Assembly: GCF_039793865.1 (NCBI RefSeq)
Contig: NZ_JBAMMI010000085.1
Location: forward strand, 1,101 to 65,100
DNA: 64,000 nt
DNA from: Thermus sp.
GTDB taxonomy: Bacteria; Deinococcota; Deinococci; Deinococcales; Thermaceae
Direction: 5' to 3'
The translations under genes and the position numbers were made by a program. Positions 36,329 through 45,076 of this stretch are shown here, piece by piece. Below the pieces are notes generated by a model that saw nothing but the letters and a program-made list of their open reading frames with translations, was not told where the DNA came from and did no database searches. Every line of letters starts with the position of its first letter. The stretch's first letter is position 1.

Positions 36329-36375
36329 GGCGCCTCCTTCTTGGTGCCCATAGTATAGGGCCAAGGAGGGGGCGA

Positions 36376-36759
36376 TTGTCCCAGGTGCTTTACCTGCCGC
36401 GAAGGCTCCTTCGGGAAACGGAGGCCTACCTTAAGGGCGAGGCCCCCAGGGAGGGGGTGGGGCTTTGGGCGGGGAGGCGCGAGGTGGAGCGGGTCATCCC
36501 CCTGCCCAACGTCCACCCTAGCCCCCTCACGGGCTACCTGGCCGAGCCCCTGGCCCTCCTAAAGGCCCTGAAGGCCCTGGAGCGGGAGGGGCTTGCCCTC
36601 CTCGCCATCTACCACTCCCACCCCAAGGGCCCCGCCCTCCCGAGCCCCACCGACCTCAAAGAGGCCCGCTGGCGGGTGCCCTACGTGATCTTCGGCACCG
36701 ACGGCTTCCGGGCCTTCCTCCTCCCCGAGGGGCGGGAGGTGGAGGTGGTCCTCCTCTAG
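36376..36759 (+). CDS. JAMM/MPN+ metalloprotease domain protein (Mov34/JAB family)
   Basis: Complete JAMM motif: E (PREGVGLW) plus HSHPKGPALPSPTD, which is H-x-H-x7-S-x2-D. TTG start is preceded by AAGGAGGGGG. Confidence 0.8.
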   Translation: MSQVLYLPRRLLRETEAYLKGEAPREGVGLWAGRREVERVIPLPNVHPSPLTGYLAEPLALLKALKALEREGLALLAIYHSHPKGPALPSPTDLKEARWRVPYVIFGTDGFRAFLLPEGREVEVVLL

Positions 36760-37235
36760 CCCCCGTAGAACCAGCCCGTGTCCCACATGACGAGGGGCCT
36801 GGCCTCGTAGCGCACCCCGGCCTCCACCACCTCGGCCAGCACCAGGCTGTGGTCCCCGCCCGGGTAGAGGTGGCGCACCTCGGCCTCGAGCCAGTAGGGG
36901 AGCTCGGTGAGGAGGGGGAGGCCGAAGGTGGGGGAGGGGGCGAAGGGGTGGCCGTTCAGGCGGTCCCCTTCCCGCACCGTGGGCTTGAAGAAGTCCTGGG
37001 CGATGGCCTTCTGGTCCTGGGCCAGGGTCATGAGGGCGAGCTTGCCCGTGCGCTCTATGAGGGCGTGGAGGTGGCTGTCCCGCTTGACCCCCAGGGCCAC
37101 GAGGGGAGGGGCGAAGGAGGCCTGGGTGACCCAGTTCACCGTCCCGGCGGCCATCTCCTCGCCGTCCCTCGCCGTGAGGACGTAGAGCCCGTAGGTGAAG
37201 CTCCGGAGGACCTTTTTCTTGGCCTCGAGGTCCAT
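36756..37235 (-). CDS. Flavin reductase-like FMN-binding split-barrel protein
   Basis: FTYGLYVLTA ... AGTVNWVTQASFAPPLVALGV is the Flavin_Reduct domain pattern. Confidence 0.8.
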   Translation of the reverse strand: MDLEAKKKVLRSFTYGLYVLTARDGEEMAAGTVNWVTQASFAPPLVALGVKRDSHLHALIERTGKLALMTLAQDQKAIAQDFFKPTVREGDRLNGHPFAPSPTFGLPLLTELPYWLEAEVRHLYPGGDHSLVLAEVVEAGVRYEARPLVMWDTGWFYGG

Positions 37236-37239
37236 GGCC

Positions 37240-38037
37240 CTATTCTACCTCGGTGAGGAGGGCCTTTAGGAGGGCTTCGTGAATCCGGCCGTTGGTGGCC
37301 ACGATGTACCGGTTTCCCAGGGTGTAGGGCTTTCCCGTAAGGTCCGTGACCCTGCCCCCCGCCTCCTCCACCAAAAGCCAGCCCGCGGCCACGTCCCAGG
37401 GGTTCAGCTTCACCTCCCAGAAGCCCTCCAGCCGCCCCGCGGCCACGTAGGCCAGGTCCAGGGCGGCGGCCCCCGGGCGCCTTACCAAAAGCCCCCGCCT
37501 CAGGGCCCGGGCGAAGTAGGTGAGGTTCTCCGGGTCCTGGGCCACGTCGTAGGGGAAGCCCGTGGCGAGAAGGCTTCCAAGGAGCCTGTCCCTCCCGGTG
37601 ACCCGGATGGGCCTCCCGTCCAGGTAGGCCCCCTCGCCCCTAAGGGCGTAGAAGGTCTCCCCCCGGGCGGTGTCCATGACCACTCCCGCCTGGATGACCC
37701 CATCGGCCTCGAGGGCCAGGGAGACCCCGTAGAAGGGGAAGCCGTGGGCGTAGTTCACCGTGCCGTCCAGGGGGTCCACGATGAAGCGCAAGGCGGCGTT
37801 CCCCTCGCTTCCCCCTTCCTCGCCCAGGAAGCCCGCCTCGGGAAAGCGCTCTAGGAGAAGGGTCTTGATGGCCTCCTCCGCCTCCCGGTCCGCCTGGGTG
37901 ACGAGGTCGGTGGGGCCCGACTTGGTCCCGTGGGTGAAGCCTTTTTCCAGGTAATAGTGGTGGATGCCCCAGGCTAGCCGGGCCGCCTCCAGCATGGTTT
38001 CAAGATGGGGAAAGAAGGGATGACCCTTGCCGATCAC
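37240..38037 (-). CDS. Inositol monophosphatase family protein (SuhB-like)
   Basis: The motifs FLGEE, VDPLDGTVNY and WDVAAG are present. Confidence 0.85.
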   Translation of the reverse strand: MIGKGHPFFPHLETMLEAARLAWGIHHYYLEKGFTHGTKSGPTDLVTQADREAEEAIKTLLLERFPEAGFLGEEGGSEGNAALRFIVDPLDGTVNYAHGFPFYGVSLALEADGVIQAGVVMDTARGETFYALRGEGAYLDGRPIRVTGRDRLLGSLLATGFPYDVAQDPENLTYFARALRRGLLVRRPGAAALDLAYVAAGRLEGFWEVKLNPWDVAAGWLLVEEAGGRVTDLTGKPYTLGNRYIVATNGRIHEALLKALLTEVE

Positions 38038-38044
38038 CCTTCTA

Positions 38045-38644
38045 TCATAGGCCCCGGAGCCTCTGGAAAAGAGCCCTGAGCTTGGCCTCGCTCTTCACCC
38101 CCGGGGCCTCCTCCACCCCGCTCGCCAGGTCTATGGCGTAGGGCTTTAGGGCCAGGGCCTCCCCCAGGTTTTCCGGGGTCAGGCCCCCGGCCAGGATGAC
38201 CCTCAGGCCCCTTTCCAGGAGGGGCCTGGCCCACTCCCGGGGGTAGGCCTGGCCGCTTCCCGGGGCGGGGCTGTCCAGGAGGAGGGCTTCCGCGGGGTAG
38301 TCCGCCCACTCGGGCCGCGCCGGGCCCTTGAGGGAAAAGGCCTTGATGACGGGGAAAAAGCGCCCGACGGCCTCGGCCCACTCCGGGGGCTCCTCCCCGT
38401 GGAGCTGGACCACCTGGAGGCGGGCCTCCTCCATCGCCCTAAGGACCTCCTCGGGGGGCTGGTCCCGGAAGACCCCCACCCGCACCACGAAGGGCCCGAG
38501 GGCCCGGGAGATGGCGCGGGCGGCCCCGGGCTCCACCCGCCTCCTGGAGCCCGGGGCGAGGACGAAGCCCAGGGCGAAGGCCCCGAGCTCCTCGGCCAGG
38601 AGGGCGTCTTGAAGGCGGGTGAGGCCGCAGATCTTGACCCGCAC
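38045..38644 (-). CDS. trpF: Phosphoribosylanthranilate isomerase
   Basis: VRVKICGLTRLQDA N-terminus (GTG 38644) and TIM-barrel PRAI blocks (QLHGEE, LLDS, ILAGGL). The 42 upstream codons of the track ORF are discounted. Confidence 0.85.
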   Translation of the reverse strand: MRVKICGLTRLQDALLAEELGAFALGFVLAPGSRRRVEPGAARAISRALGPFVVRVGVFRDQPPEEVLRAMEEARLQVVQLHGEEPPEWAEAVGRFFPVIKAFSLKGPARPEWADYPAEALLLDSPAPGSGQAYPREWARPLLERGLRVILAGGLTPENLGEALALKPYAIDLASGVEEAPGVKSEAKLRALFQRLRGL

Positions 38645-38663
38645 GGGGCCAGTATAAAGGCCC

Positions 38664-41558
38664 TCAGCCGCACTTAGAGTAGCCGCAGACCTGGCACTTC
38701 CAGCACCCCTCCTCCCGCACCAGGGCCTTCTCCCCGCAAGCGGGGCACTTCTCGGCCCCGGGGAGGACAAGCCCCCCGCCGGAGAGGACGGGGAGGGGCT
38801 CCTTTAGGGAGGGCGCGGGGGCGCTTCCCTTCAGGGCCTCGGGGATGGTCTCCAGGGCCACGGCGATGAGGTCCGCCTTGCTGGAGACGAGCCGCCCCTG
38901 GTAGGTGCCGTAAAGCCCCCCGTTGATGCCCCGGAGGGTGCGGATGAGGGCTTCGGGGGGCACCCCGTACTGCAGGGCGATGGAGACCACCCGGCCCAGG
39001 GCCTCGGAGTCGGCGTTGGCCTCGTCCCCTGCCTTCCCCGAAGTGAGGATGACCTCTATGGGCTTCCCCTCCAACACGTTCACCGTCACCAGGAAGCTCC
39101 GCTTCTGCCCCTCGGGGGTCATGAGCTTCACCATGTCCGTGAAGCCCATGAGGCGGCCCGGACGTTCGTAGACGGGCTCCCCTGCCTGGGGTTGCCTGGG
39201 GGGTTCGTGGGCTTGGAAGGGGATGTCCCGCGCTTTTTCCTCCCCTTCTGTATGCGCCTCGGCCTTCTTCTCCTCCTTCTTCACCGTGAGCACCTGAAAC
39301 TCCCGGGAGCCGTCCCGGTAGACGGTGATCCCCTTGCACCCCGTGCGGTGGGCCTCGAGGTAGGCGGCCTCCACGTCCTCCACCGAGGCGTGGTTTGGAA
39401 GGTTGATGGTCTTGGAGAGGGAGTTCCCGGCGTACCCCTCGGCGTCAAAGGCCCGCTGCACCGCCCCCTGCATGCGCACGTGGTCCAAGGGGTGGATGTC
39501 GTGGGCGCACTGGAAGACCCGCCGGATGGGCTCGGGGACGAAGGGGAGATTTTGCACGGAACCGTGGCCGTCCTTCTGGATCTCCTCCACGATCTTCTCC
39601 CAGTCCCACTTCCCGTCCTTGGCGAAGCCAGGGGCGGGCGGGTAGGCCTCCATGAGCTCCACGAAGAGAGGGTGGAGGAGGGGCTTGTACTCCCCGCCGA
39701 TCCTGCGCCAGACGAAGGGGCTGAAGACGGGCTCAATCCCCGAGGAGACCCCCATGAGCATGCTGGTGGTCCCCGTGGGGGCCACGGTGAGGAGGGCCAC
39801 GTTGCGCCGTGGGCGGACGCCTAAGGCCTGGAAGTACTCCCGGTGTTCCTCGTAGAGGGGGAAGACGCCCCTTTCCTCGGCCAGGGCCTCGGAGGCCCGG
39901 ATGGCCTCCTCCCTTTGAGCGGACATGATCTCGTAGACCTTCTCCCGGGCCTCCTCCGAGGCGTAGGGGAGGCCCATCTTGATGAGGGCGTCCGCCAGGC
40001 CCATGACCCCTAGGCCAAGCCGCCTGAGCCGCCTCGCCGCCTCCTCGTTGTCGGGGAGGGCGAACCTGTTCACGTCCAGGACGTTGTCCAGGAAGCGGAC
40101 GGCGGTGTGGACGTCCTTGCGGAACTCCTCCATCTGGAAGGCCCCGTCCTTCACGTAGGCGGCGAGGTTCAGGGCCCCCAGGTCGCAGGGCTCGCCCATG
40201 GTGAGCGGGATCTCACCGCAGGGATTGGTGGAGCGAATCCAATAACGGGGCCCCAAGCCCTTCAGGGCCGAGAACTCGTTGACCCGGTCCACGAAGATGA
40301 GGCCCGGTTCCCCCGTGGCCCAGGCGTGCCAGGCGATCTCGTGCCAGAGCCACCGGGCGGGGACCTTCCCCCCATAGAGGGGGATGGGCTTGGCGCCATC
40401 GGCCCGCTCGGGAAGCTCGGGGAGCCTGCCCGTGTAGGGGCCCTCCAGGGGGTAGGGGTAGTACTTCCCCGGCACCTCCACGGGGGTCACGGGCCAGAGG
40501 GTGTCCTCCTCCAGGGCCTTCATGAAGGCCTCGGTGACCAGGACGGAGATGTTGAAGGTGGAGATGTCCCCCTCGGCCTTCTCCCGGTCCAGGTCCTTGG
40601 CGGTGAGGAAGTCCAGGAGGTCGGGGTGGTCAATGGAGAGGGTGGCCATCCCCGCGCCCCTTCGCGTGCCCCCTTGGCGCACCACCCGGAGGACCGGGGC
40701 GTACACGTAGCGCAGGGTGGCCACGGGGCCCGCCCCTTCCGCTCCCAGGGCGGCCCACTCCAGGAAGTTGTCAAAGAGCTCAAAGAGAAAGCTCACCGGC
40801 CCCGAGCTCGTCCCCCCGCTTCCCCGGATGGGGGCTCCTTCCGGGCGGAGGAGGGAGAAGTCCACGTGGGGGGTGAGGCCCCTCCGGGCCAGGTCCGCGG
40901 CCTCGCGGGCGGCCTCCACGATGCCCCCCATGTCGTCGGGGACCAGGATGCGCTCCTTGGGGGGTTCCTCCACCACCCCCACCCCCCGCTCTTCCGCCAG
41001 GGCCATGAGCTCGGGGGAGAGCTTTCCGTAGACCACCCGGGCGAAGTTCTTGAGCCGGATCTCCTCCTTGGGCCCATCGGGGTTGGTGGGGGGGCGCATG
41101 AGGCCCCGGAGGAAGTCCTCGAGGTCCGGGTGCTCCGCCGAGAGGTAGGCCACCCCCCGCACCTCCCGGCGCCTGCCCGCCCCCTTGGAGCGGTAGGGGT
41201 CCAGGTTCACCCCGTTTCCGCCCCCCACCTTGGTGACCAGGGCGAGCTTCTTGGCCACCTCCATGATGCCCGCGAAGCTCTCGGGGGGGTTCTCCGTGGC
41301 CCCCTGGACGAAGCAGTTGAGGAGGTTGCCGTGGGCGGTGCCCGCCCCGGCGAGGATCCGGCCCCCCGGGGAGAAGCGCTTGGTGCTCATGAGCTCGTAG
41401 AACTTCTCCTCCCAGTAGGCCCTTTCCTCGGGCTTCTCGGGCTTGGCGATCTCCCGGGCCACCCGGCGGAACATCCCCAGGATGTCCCCGTCCCCGGGCT
41501 GGAGGTACTGGCGCTTGGCGATGGCCTGGGCGTGCTCGTCAAAGAAGGGTCGCTCCAT
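38664..41558 (-). CDS. nrdJ: Class II (adenosylcobalamin-dependent) ribonucleotide reductase with C-terminal Cys-rich zinc-finger tail
   Basis: RNR barrel blocks are present, including STNPCGEIPL (thiyl Cys) and GGTRRGA. The C-terminus is CPACGEKALVREEGCWKCQVCGYSKCG. GGGAGGA Shine-Dalgarno lies before ATG 41558. Confidence 0.9.
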   Translation of the reverse strand: MERPFFDEHAQAIAKRQYLQPGDGDILGMFRRVAREIAKPEKPEERAYWEEKFYELMSTKRFSPGGRILAGAGTAHGNLLNCFVQGATENPPESFAGIMEVAKKLALVTKVGGGNGVNLDPYRSKGAGRRREVRGVAYLSAEHPDLEDFLRGLMRPPTNPDGPKEEIRLKNFARVVYGKLSPELMALAEERGVGVVEEPPKERILVPDDMGGIVEAAREAADLARRGLTPHVDFSLLRPEGAPIRGSGGTSSGPVSFLFELFDNFLEWAALGAEGAGPVATLRYVYAPVLRVVRQGGTRRGAGMATLSIDHPDLLDFLTAKDLDREKAEGDISTFNISVLVTEAFMKALEEDTLWPVTPVEVPGKYYPYPLEGPYTGRLPELPERADGAKPIPLYGGKVPARWLWHEIAWHAWATGEPGLIFVDRVNEFSALKGLGPRYWIRSTNPCGEIPLTMGEPCDLGALNLAAYVKDGAFQMEEFRKDVHTAVRFLDNVLDVNRFALPDNEEAARRLRRLGLGVMGLADALIKMGLPYASEEAREKVYEIMSAQREEAIRASEALAEERGVFPLYEEHREYFQALGVRPRRNVALLTVAPTGTTSMLMGVSSGIEPVFSPFVWRRIGGEYKPLLHPLFVELMEAYPPAPGFAKDGKWDWEKIVEEIQKDGHGSVQNLPFVPEPIRRVFQCAHDIHPLDHVRMQGAVQRAFDAEGYAGNSLSKTINLPNHASVEDVEAAYLEAHRTGCKGITVYRDGSREFQVLTVKKEEKKAEAHTEGEEKARDIPFQAHEPPRQPQAGEPVYERPGRLMGFTDMVKLMTPEGQKRSFLVTVNVLEGKPIEVILTSGKAGDEANADSEALGRVVSIALQYGVPPEALIRTLRGINGGLYGTYQGRLVSSKADLIAVALETIPEALKGSAPAPSLKEPLPVLSGGGLVLPGAEKCPACGEKALVREEGCWKCQVCGYSKCG

Positions 41559-41572
41559 AGGTCCTCCCTAAT

Positions 41573-41592
41573 AACCCCCAGATCTTGGGGTT
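41573..41592. promoter_or_regulatory. Near-perfect 20-bp palindrome AACCCCCAGATCTTGGGGTT immediately upstream of the nrdJ RBS (candidate NrdR-type operator)
   Basis: 9 of 10 positions pair, centred on AGATCT at 41580-41585. It sits 15 nt upstream of the nrdJ start codon. Confidence 0.35.
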
Positions 41593-41689
41593 AGGTGGCA
41601 GGATGCTACTACTCCTTGGGTTTTCACGGCAAGTGGGGGGGACCACACTCTGGCCCGGGCGGTTGACGGGGCTTCTAAAGGTTACCAGA

Positions 41690-42997
41690 ATGGAAAGGAT
41701 GCGCGCCGCCTTTCGCACCCTGGGGTGCAAGGTGAACCAGGTGGAGACCGAGGCCCTTTTGGGCTTTCTCAAGGCGCTGGAGCCCGAGGTGGTCCCCGTG
41801 GAGGCCGGGGGGGCGGACCTCGTGGTCATCAACTCCTGCGCCGTCACCACCACGGCGGAGGCGGACACCCGCAAGGAGGTGCGCCGGGCCAGGCGGTACA
41901 ACCCCGAGGCCTTCATCGTGGTCACGGGGTGCTACGCCGAGCTCGCCCCCGAGGTCCTAAAGGAGCTCGGGGCGGACGCGGTGGTGCCCAACGCCCGCAA
42001 GGCCGAGCTTCCCCGGGTGATCCTGGAGCGCTTTGGCCTCCCCTCCGACCCCATCACCACCCCGCCCAACGAGTTCTGGGGGGCGGGGGAAAGGGGGCTT
42101 TTAAACAGCCGGGTGCGGGCCTTCCTGAAGGTGCAGGACGGGTGCCAGGCGGGCTGCGCCTACTGCATCATCCCGAGGCTTAGGGGCAAGGAGCGCCACC
42201 GGGACTACCGGGAGGCCTTGGCCGAGGCCGAGGCCCTTCTCCGCATGGGGATCCGGGAGATCGTCCTCACCGGGGTGCGCCTCGGGAGCTACCGGGGGCA
42301 CCCCCGGGGCCTCGCGGGCCTCGTGGAGGACCTTTACCACCTGGGGGCCAAGGTGCGGCTTTCCTCCATAGAACCCGAGGACACGGGGGAGGACCTCCTG
42401 AGGACCATTGGCCGCTACGCTCCCGAGGTCAGGCCCCACCTTCACCTCTCCTTGCAGACGGGCTCGGACCGGCTCCTCAAGCTCATGGGCCGCCGCTACG
42501 ATAAGGCCTACTACCGGGACCTGGTGCGGCGGGCCTACGAGCTCATCCCCGGCTTCGCCCTCACCACCGACGTCATCGCGGGCCTCCCCACGGAGACCGA
42601 GGAGGAGCACCGGGAGACCCTGGCCTTCCTGGAGGAGCTCAGGCCCACCCGGGTCCACGCCTTCACCTACACGCCGAGGCCCAAGACCCGGGCGGCCTCC
42701 ATGCCCCAGGTGCCCCCGGAGGTGAGGAGGCGCCGCACCAAGGAGCTCATCGCCCTGGCCCAGCGCCTGGCGGAGGAGCGGGTCCGCCCCAAGCTCGGGG
42801 AGCGGGTGGAGGTCCTGGTGGAAAGGGTCCAGGGGGGCGAGGCCTTAGGCCACACCCCCGACTACTACGAGGCCCGGCTTTCCGGGGAGGCCCGCCCCGG
42901 GGAGACGGTCTGGGCCCGGGTCCTGGGGGTGGAGGGGTACGTCCTTTTGGGCCGGGTGGAGGGGGTCAAGGGGCCCCTGGAGCTTCCCGTGCGGTAG
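41690..42997 (+). CDS. mtaB: MiaB-like tRNA methylthiotransferase (MtaB-type radical SAM enzyme)
   Basis: UPF0004 N-terminal domain (FRTLGCKVNQVE), radical-SAM CQAGCAYC, and a TRAM-like C-terminus. The start is set at ATG 41690. Confidence 0.8.
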   Translation: MERMRAAFRTLGCKVNQVETEALLGFLKALEPEVVPVEAGGADLVVINSCAVTTTAEADTRKEVRRARRYNPEAFIVVTGCYAELAPEVLKELGADAVVPNARKAELPRVILERFGLPSDPITTPPNEFWGAGERGLLNSRVRAFLKVQDGCQAGCAYCIIPRLRGKERHRDYREALAEAEALLRMGIREIVLTGVRLGSYRGHPRGLAGLVEDLYHLGAKVRLSSIEPEDTGEDLLRTIGRYAPEVRPHLHLSLQTGSDRLLKLMGRRYDKAYYRDLVRRAYELIPGFALTTDVIAGLPTETEEEHRETLAFLEELRPTRVHAFTYTPRPKTRAASMPQVPPEVRRRRTKELIALAQRLAEERVRPKLGERVEVLVERVQGGEALGHTPDYYEARLSGEARPGETVWARVLGVEGYVLLGRVEGVKGPLELPVR

Positions 42998-42998
42998 G

Positions 42999-43331
42999 AT
43001 GCCTTCCATGGGGTGCGTGTTCTGCCGCATCATCGCCGGGGAGCTCCCCTCCAAGAAGGTCTACGAGGACGAGGCCTTCGTGGCCTTCCACGATATAAGG
43101 CCCAAGGCCCCGGTGCACGTCCTGGTGGTGCCCAAGGAGCACGTGGAGAAGCTCTCCGACTACCCCGACACCGAGGAGGGGGAGGGGAAGCTCGGGGCCC
43201 TTTTCCGCACCGTGGGCCGGGTGGCGCGGCACCTGGGCCTCGAGGGCTACCGCGTCCAGGTGAACGTGGGGGAAAAGGGGGGGCAGGAGGTCTTCCACGT
43301 GCACGTGCACGTCATGGGGGGCTGGGGATGA
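42999..43331 (+). CDS. HIT (histidine triad) family nucleotide hydrolase
   Basis: CVFCRIIAGELPS and the triad FHVHVHVMGG are present. Confidence 0.9.
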   Translation: MPSMGCVFCRIIAGELPSKKVYEDEAFVAFHDIRPKAPVHVLVVPKEHVEKLSDYPDTEEGEGKLGALFRTVGRVARHLGLEGYRVQVNVGEKGGQEVFHVHVHVMGGWG

Positions 43332-44076
43332 GGAAGCGGTCCAAGACCCTCCCCGCGGGGTCCAGGGCGTAGCCCAAAAGGCCCTCCCGCCCCACCTCCA
43401 GGAAGAGGGCGTGGTGGGCCACGGCCAGGGCCCGGCTCCAGGGGAGGGGCGGCCGGGTGGGGTAGAGCCCCGCGCCCCCGCCCCCCACCACCAAGTGGGT
43501 GGTGGGGCCCACCTCCAGGCGCTCGTAGTGGTGGTCGTGGCCCGCGAGGACCAGGGCCACCCCGTGCCGCCGGAGGAGGGGCTCCAGGAGGCTCCTTAAG
43601 GCGGGGCTTCCCCCGTGGAGCCCCGAGGAGTAGAGGGGGCGGTGGAGGAGGAGGGCTTTCAGGGGAGCGGTGGAGCTTTGGAGGGCCTCCTCCAGCCAGG
43701 CCCGCTGGGCCTTGAGGTCGCCTTCCGTGTAGAGGACGAAGGCCTCGAGGCCCCCGAACCGGACCCGGTAGTAGGGCCTCTCCAGCCCGAAGCGCTTGAG
43801 CTGCGCCCTAAGGCTTGGGGCGTCGTGGTTGCCGAAGGCGGGGTAGAGGGGAACGGGGGGAAGCTCCTTCAGGAAGGCCTCCACCACGGCGCCCCTAGGG
43901 TAGAAGTTGTCCCCGGCGGTGAGGAGGGCCGTGAGGGGGCTATGGGCGTGCTCCCTTTGGAGGAGGGCCGCCACCTGGGCCCGCCCCCAGGTGTTCGCCC
44001 CCCAGTCTCCCAGGACCGCAAGCCGCTGGCCCAGGGCCAGGGAGAAGAGGAGGAGAAAGGGGAGAAACCGGCGCAA
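43312..44076 (-). CDS. Secreted calcineurin-like metallophosphoesterase
   Basis: Signal peptide MRRFLPFLLLFSLALG, then the metal-ligand blocks GDWG, GDNFY, GNHD and GHDHHYE. Confidence 0.8.
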   Translation of the reverse strand: MRRFLPFLLLFSLALGQRLAVLGDWGANTWGRAQVAALLQREHAHSPLTALLTAGDNFYPRGAVVEAFLKELPPVPLYPAFGNHDAPSLRAQLKRFGLERPYYRVRFGGLEAFVLYTEGDLKAQRAWLEEALQSSTAPLKALLLHRPLYSSGLHGGSPALRSLLEPLLRRHGVALVLAGHDHHYERLEVGPTTHLVVGGGGAGLYPTRPPLPWSRALAVAHHALFLEVGREGLLGYALDPAGRVLDRFLIPSPP

Positions 44077-44079
44077 GGT

Positions 44080-44508
44080 CTAGGCTTCCGCGGCCCCGTG
44101 GGGCTTGAGGCTCGCCTCCTCTACCCCCGCCTTCTCCACCACCTCCTCCGCCACCAGGATGGGCGCCCCCGCCCTTAAGGCCAGGGCCATGGCGTCGGAG
44201 GGGCGGGCGTCCACCTCCAGCTCAATCCCCCGGTGCTCCAGGATGAGGCGGGCGTAGAAGGTGCCGTCCCGGAGGTCTATGATCTCCACCCGCTTCAGCT
44301 TCGCCTGGAGCATCTCCATCACCGAGAGGAGAAGGTCCGGCGTGAGGGGCCTTGGGGGCTTTTCCCCTTGCAGGGCCACCACGATGTGGTGGGCCTCGAG
44401 GGGACCGATGACGATGGGTAAAAGCTTATCGTTCTCCGTCCTGAGCAGGACCACCACGCTGCCGTTTTGGGGGTCCACGCCCAGGGTTTCAATCTTGGCG
44501 CTCAGCAT
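44080..44508 (-). CDS. Bifunctional nuclease (BFN/DUF151) domain protein
   Basis: VVLLRTENDKLLPIVIGPLEAHHIVVALQGEKPPRPLTPDLL and DARPSDAMALALR are the DUF151 signatures. Confidence 0.8.
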   Translation of the reverse strand: MLSAKIETLGVDPQNGSVVVLLRTENDKLLPIVIGPLEAHHIVVALQGEKPPRPLTPDLLLSVMEMLQAKLKRVEIIDLRDGTFYARLILEHRGIELEVDARPSDAMALALRAGAPILVAEEVVEKAGVEEASLKPHGAAEA

Positions 44509-44515
44509 GCCTTCA

Positions 44516-44530
44516 GTATAGACTGGGCCC
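44516..44530 (+). promoter_or_regulatory. Leaderless promoter module GTATAGACTGGGCCC directly abutting GTG 44531
   Basis: Identical 15-mer to 25117-25131, with the -10-like box TAGACT at 44519-44524 and a 6-nt spacer. Confidence 0.5.
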
Positions 44531-45067
44531 GTGAGGACCTACCCTGTGGAGATCGCTGGGGTCAAGCGGGAGCTTCCCATTGTCCAGGTGGGGCCGGATG
44601 TGGCCGTGGCCCTTTTGAACCTCTTGGGCGACACCGAGCTCACCGAGGCGGCGGCGGAGGAGCTAGCCAAACGCTTGCCCCCGGAGGCGGAAACCCTGGT
44701 CACCCCGGAGGTCAAGGCCGTGCCCCTGGCCCACGCCCTTTCCCGCATCACGGGCAAGCCCTACGTGGTGGCCCGCAAGACGGAGAAGCCCTACATGATC
44801 AACCCCGTAAGCCGCCAGGTGCTCTCCATCACCACGGGGAAGCCCCAGCTCTTGGTGCTGGACGGGGCGGACGTTTCCCTCATCCGGGGTAAAAAGGTGG
44901 CCATCGTGGACGACGTGGTCTCCACGGGCTCCACCCTGGCGGGCCTCAGGGAACTCATCGAGAGCGTGGGGGGAGAGGTGGTGGCGGTGCTCGCCGTCTT
45001 CACCGAGGGTACCCCTCGCCAGGACGTCATCGCCCTGGGCCATCTTCCCCTTTTCAAGCCGGAATAG
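44531..45067 (+). CDS. Type I phosphoribosyltransferase family protein (purine PRT-like)
   Basis: Canonical PRPP loop [16 protein letters not shown]; 178 aa. Confidence 0.8.
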   Translation: MRTYPVEIAGVKRELPIVQVGPDVAVALLNLLGDTELTEAAAEELAKRLPPEAETLVTPEVKAVPLAHALSRITGKPYVVARKTEKPYMINPVSRQVLSITTGKPQLLVLDGADVSLIRGKKVAIVDDVVSTGSTLAGLRELIESVGGEVVAVLAVFTEGTPRQDVIALGHLPLFKPE

Positions 45068-45076
45068 GAGGAGGCT

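Noticed and set aside
33551-36358. 935-aa ORF on the plus strand, the longest in the track.
   Set aside because: It is exactly antisense to the MoxR and EF-G-paralog genes, which have unmistakable motifs. Its composition (Gly/Leu/Glu/Pro/His/Val-rich, with almost no Lys, Asn, Ile, Phe, Tyr or Met) is the typical stop-free shadow frame of a roughly 69% GC genome.
38664-41558. Possible intein or cobalamin riboswitch associated with nrdJ.
   Set aside because: The 964-aa protein reads as continuous RNR sequence plus a Cys-rich tail, and I saw no intein splice-junction blocks. The 131-bp upstream region is too short and lacks a recognisable B12-box. Neither can be excluded without a profile or Rfam scan.
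40107-41594. 495-aa plus-strand ORF and several 60-220-aa ORFs within 38664-41558.
   Set aside because: They are antisense or out of frame relative to nrdJ, with Gly/Pro/Arg/His-rich low-complexity translations.
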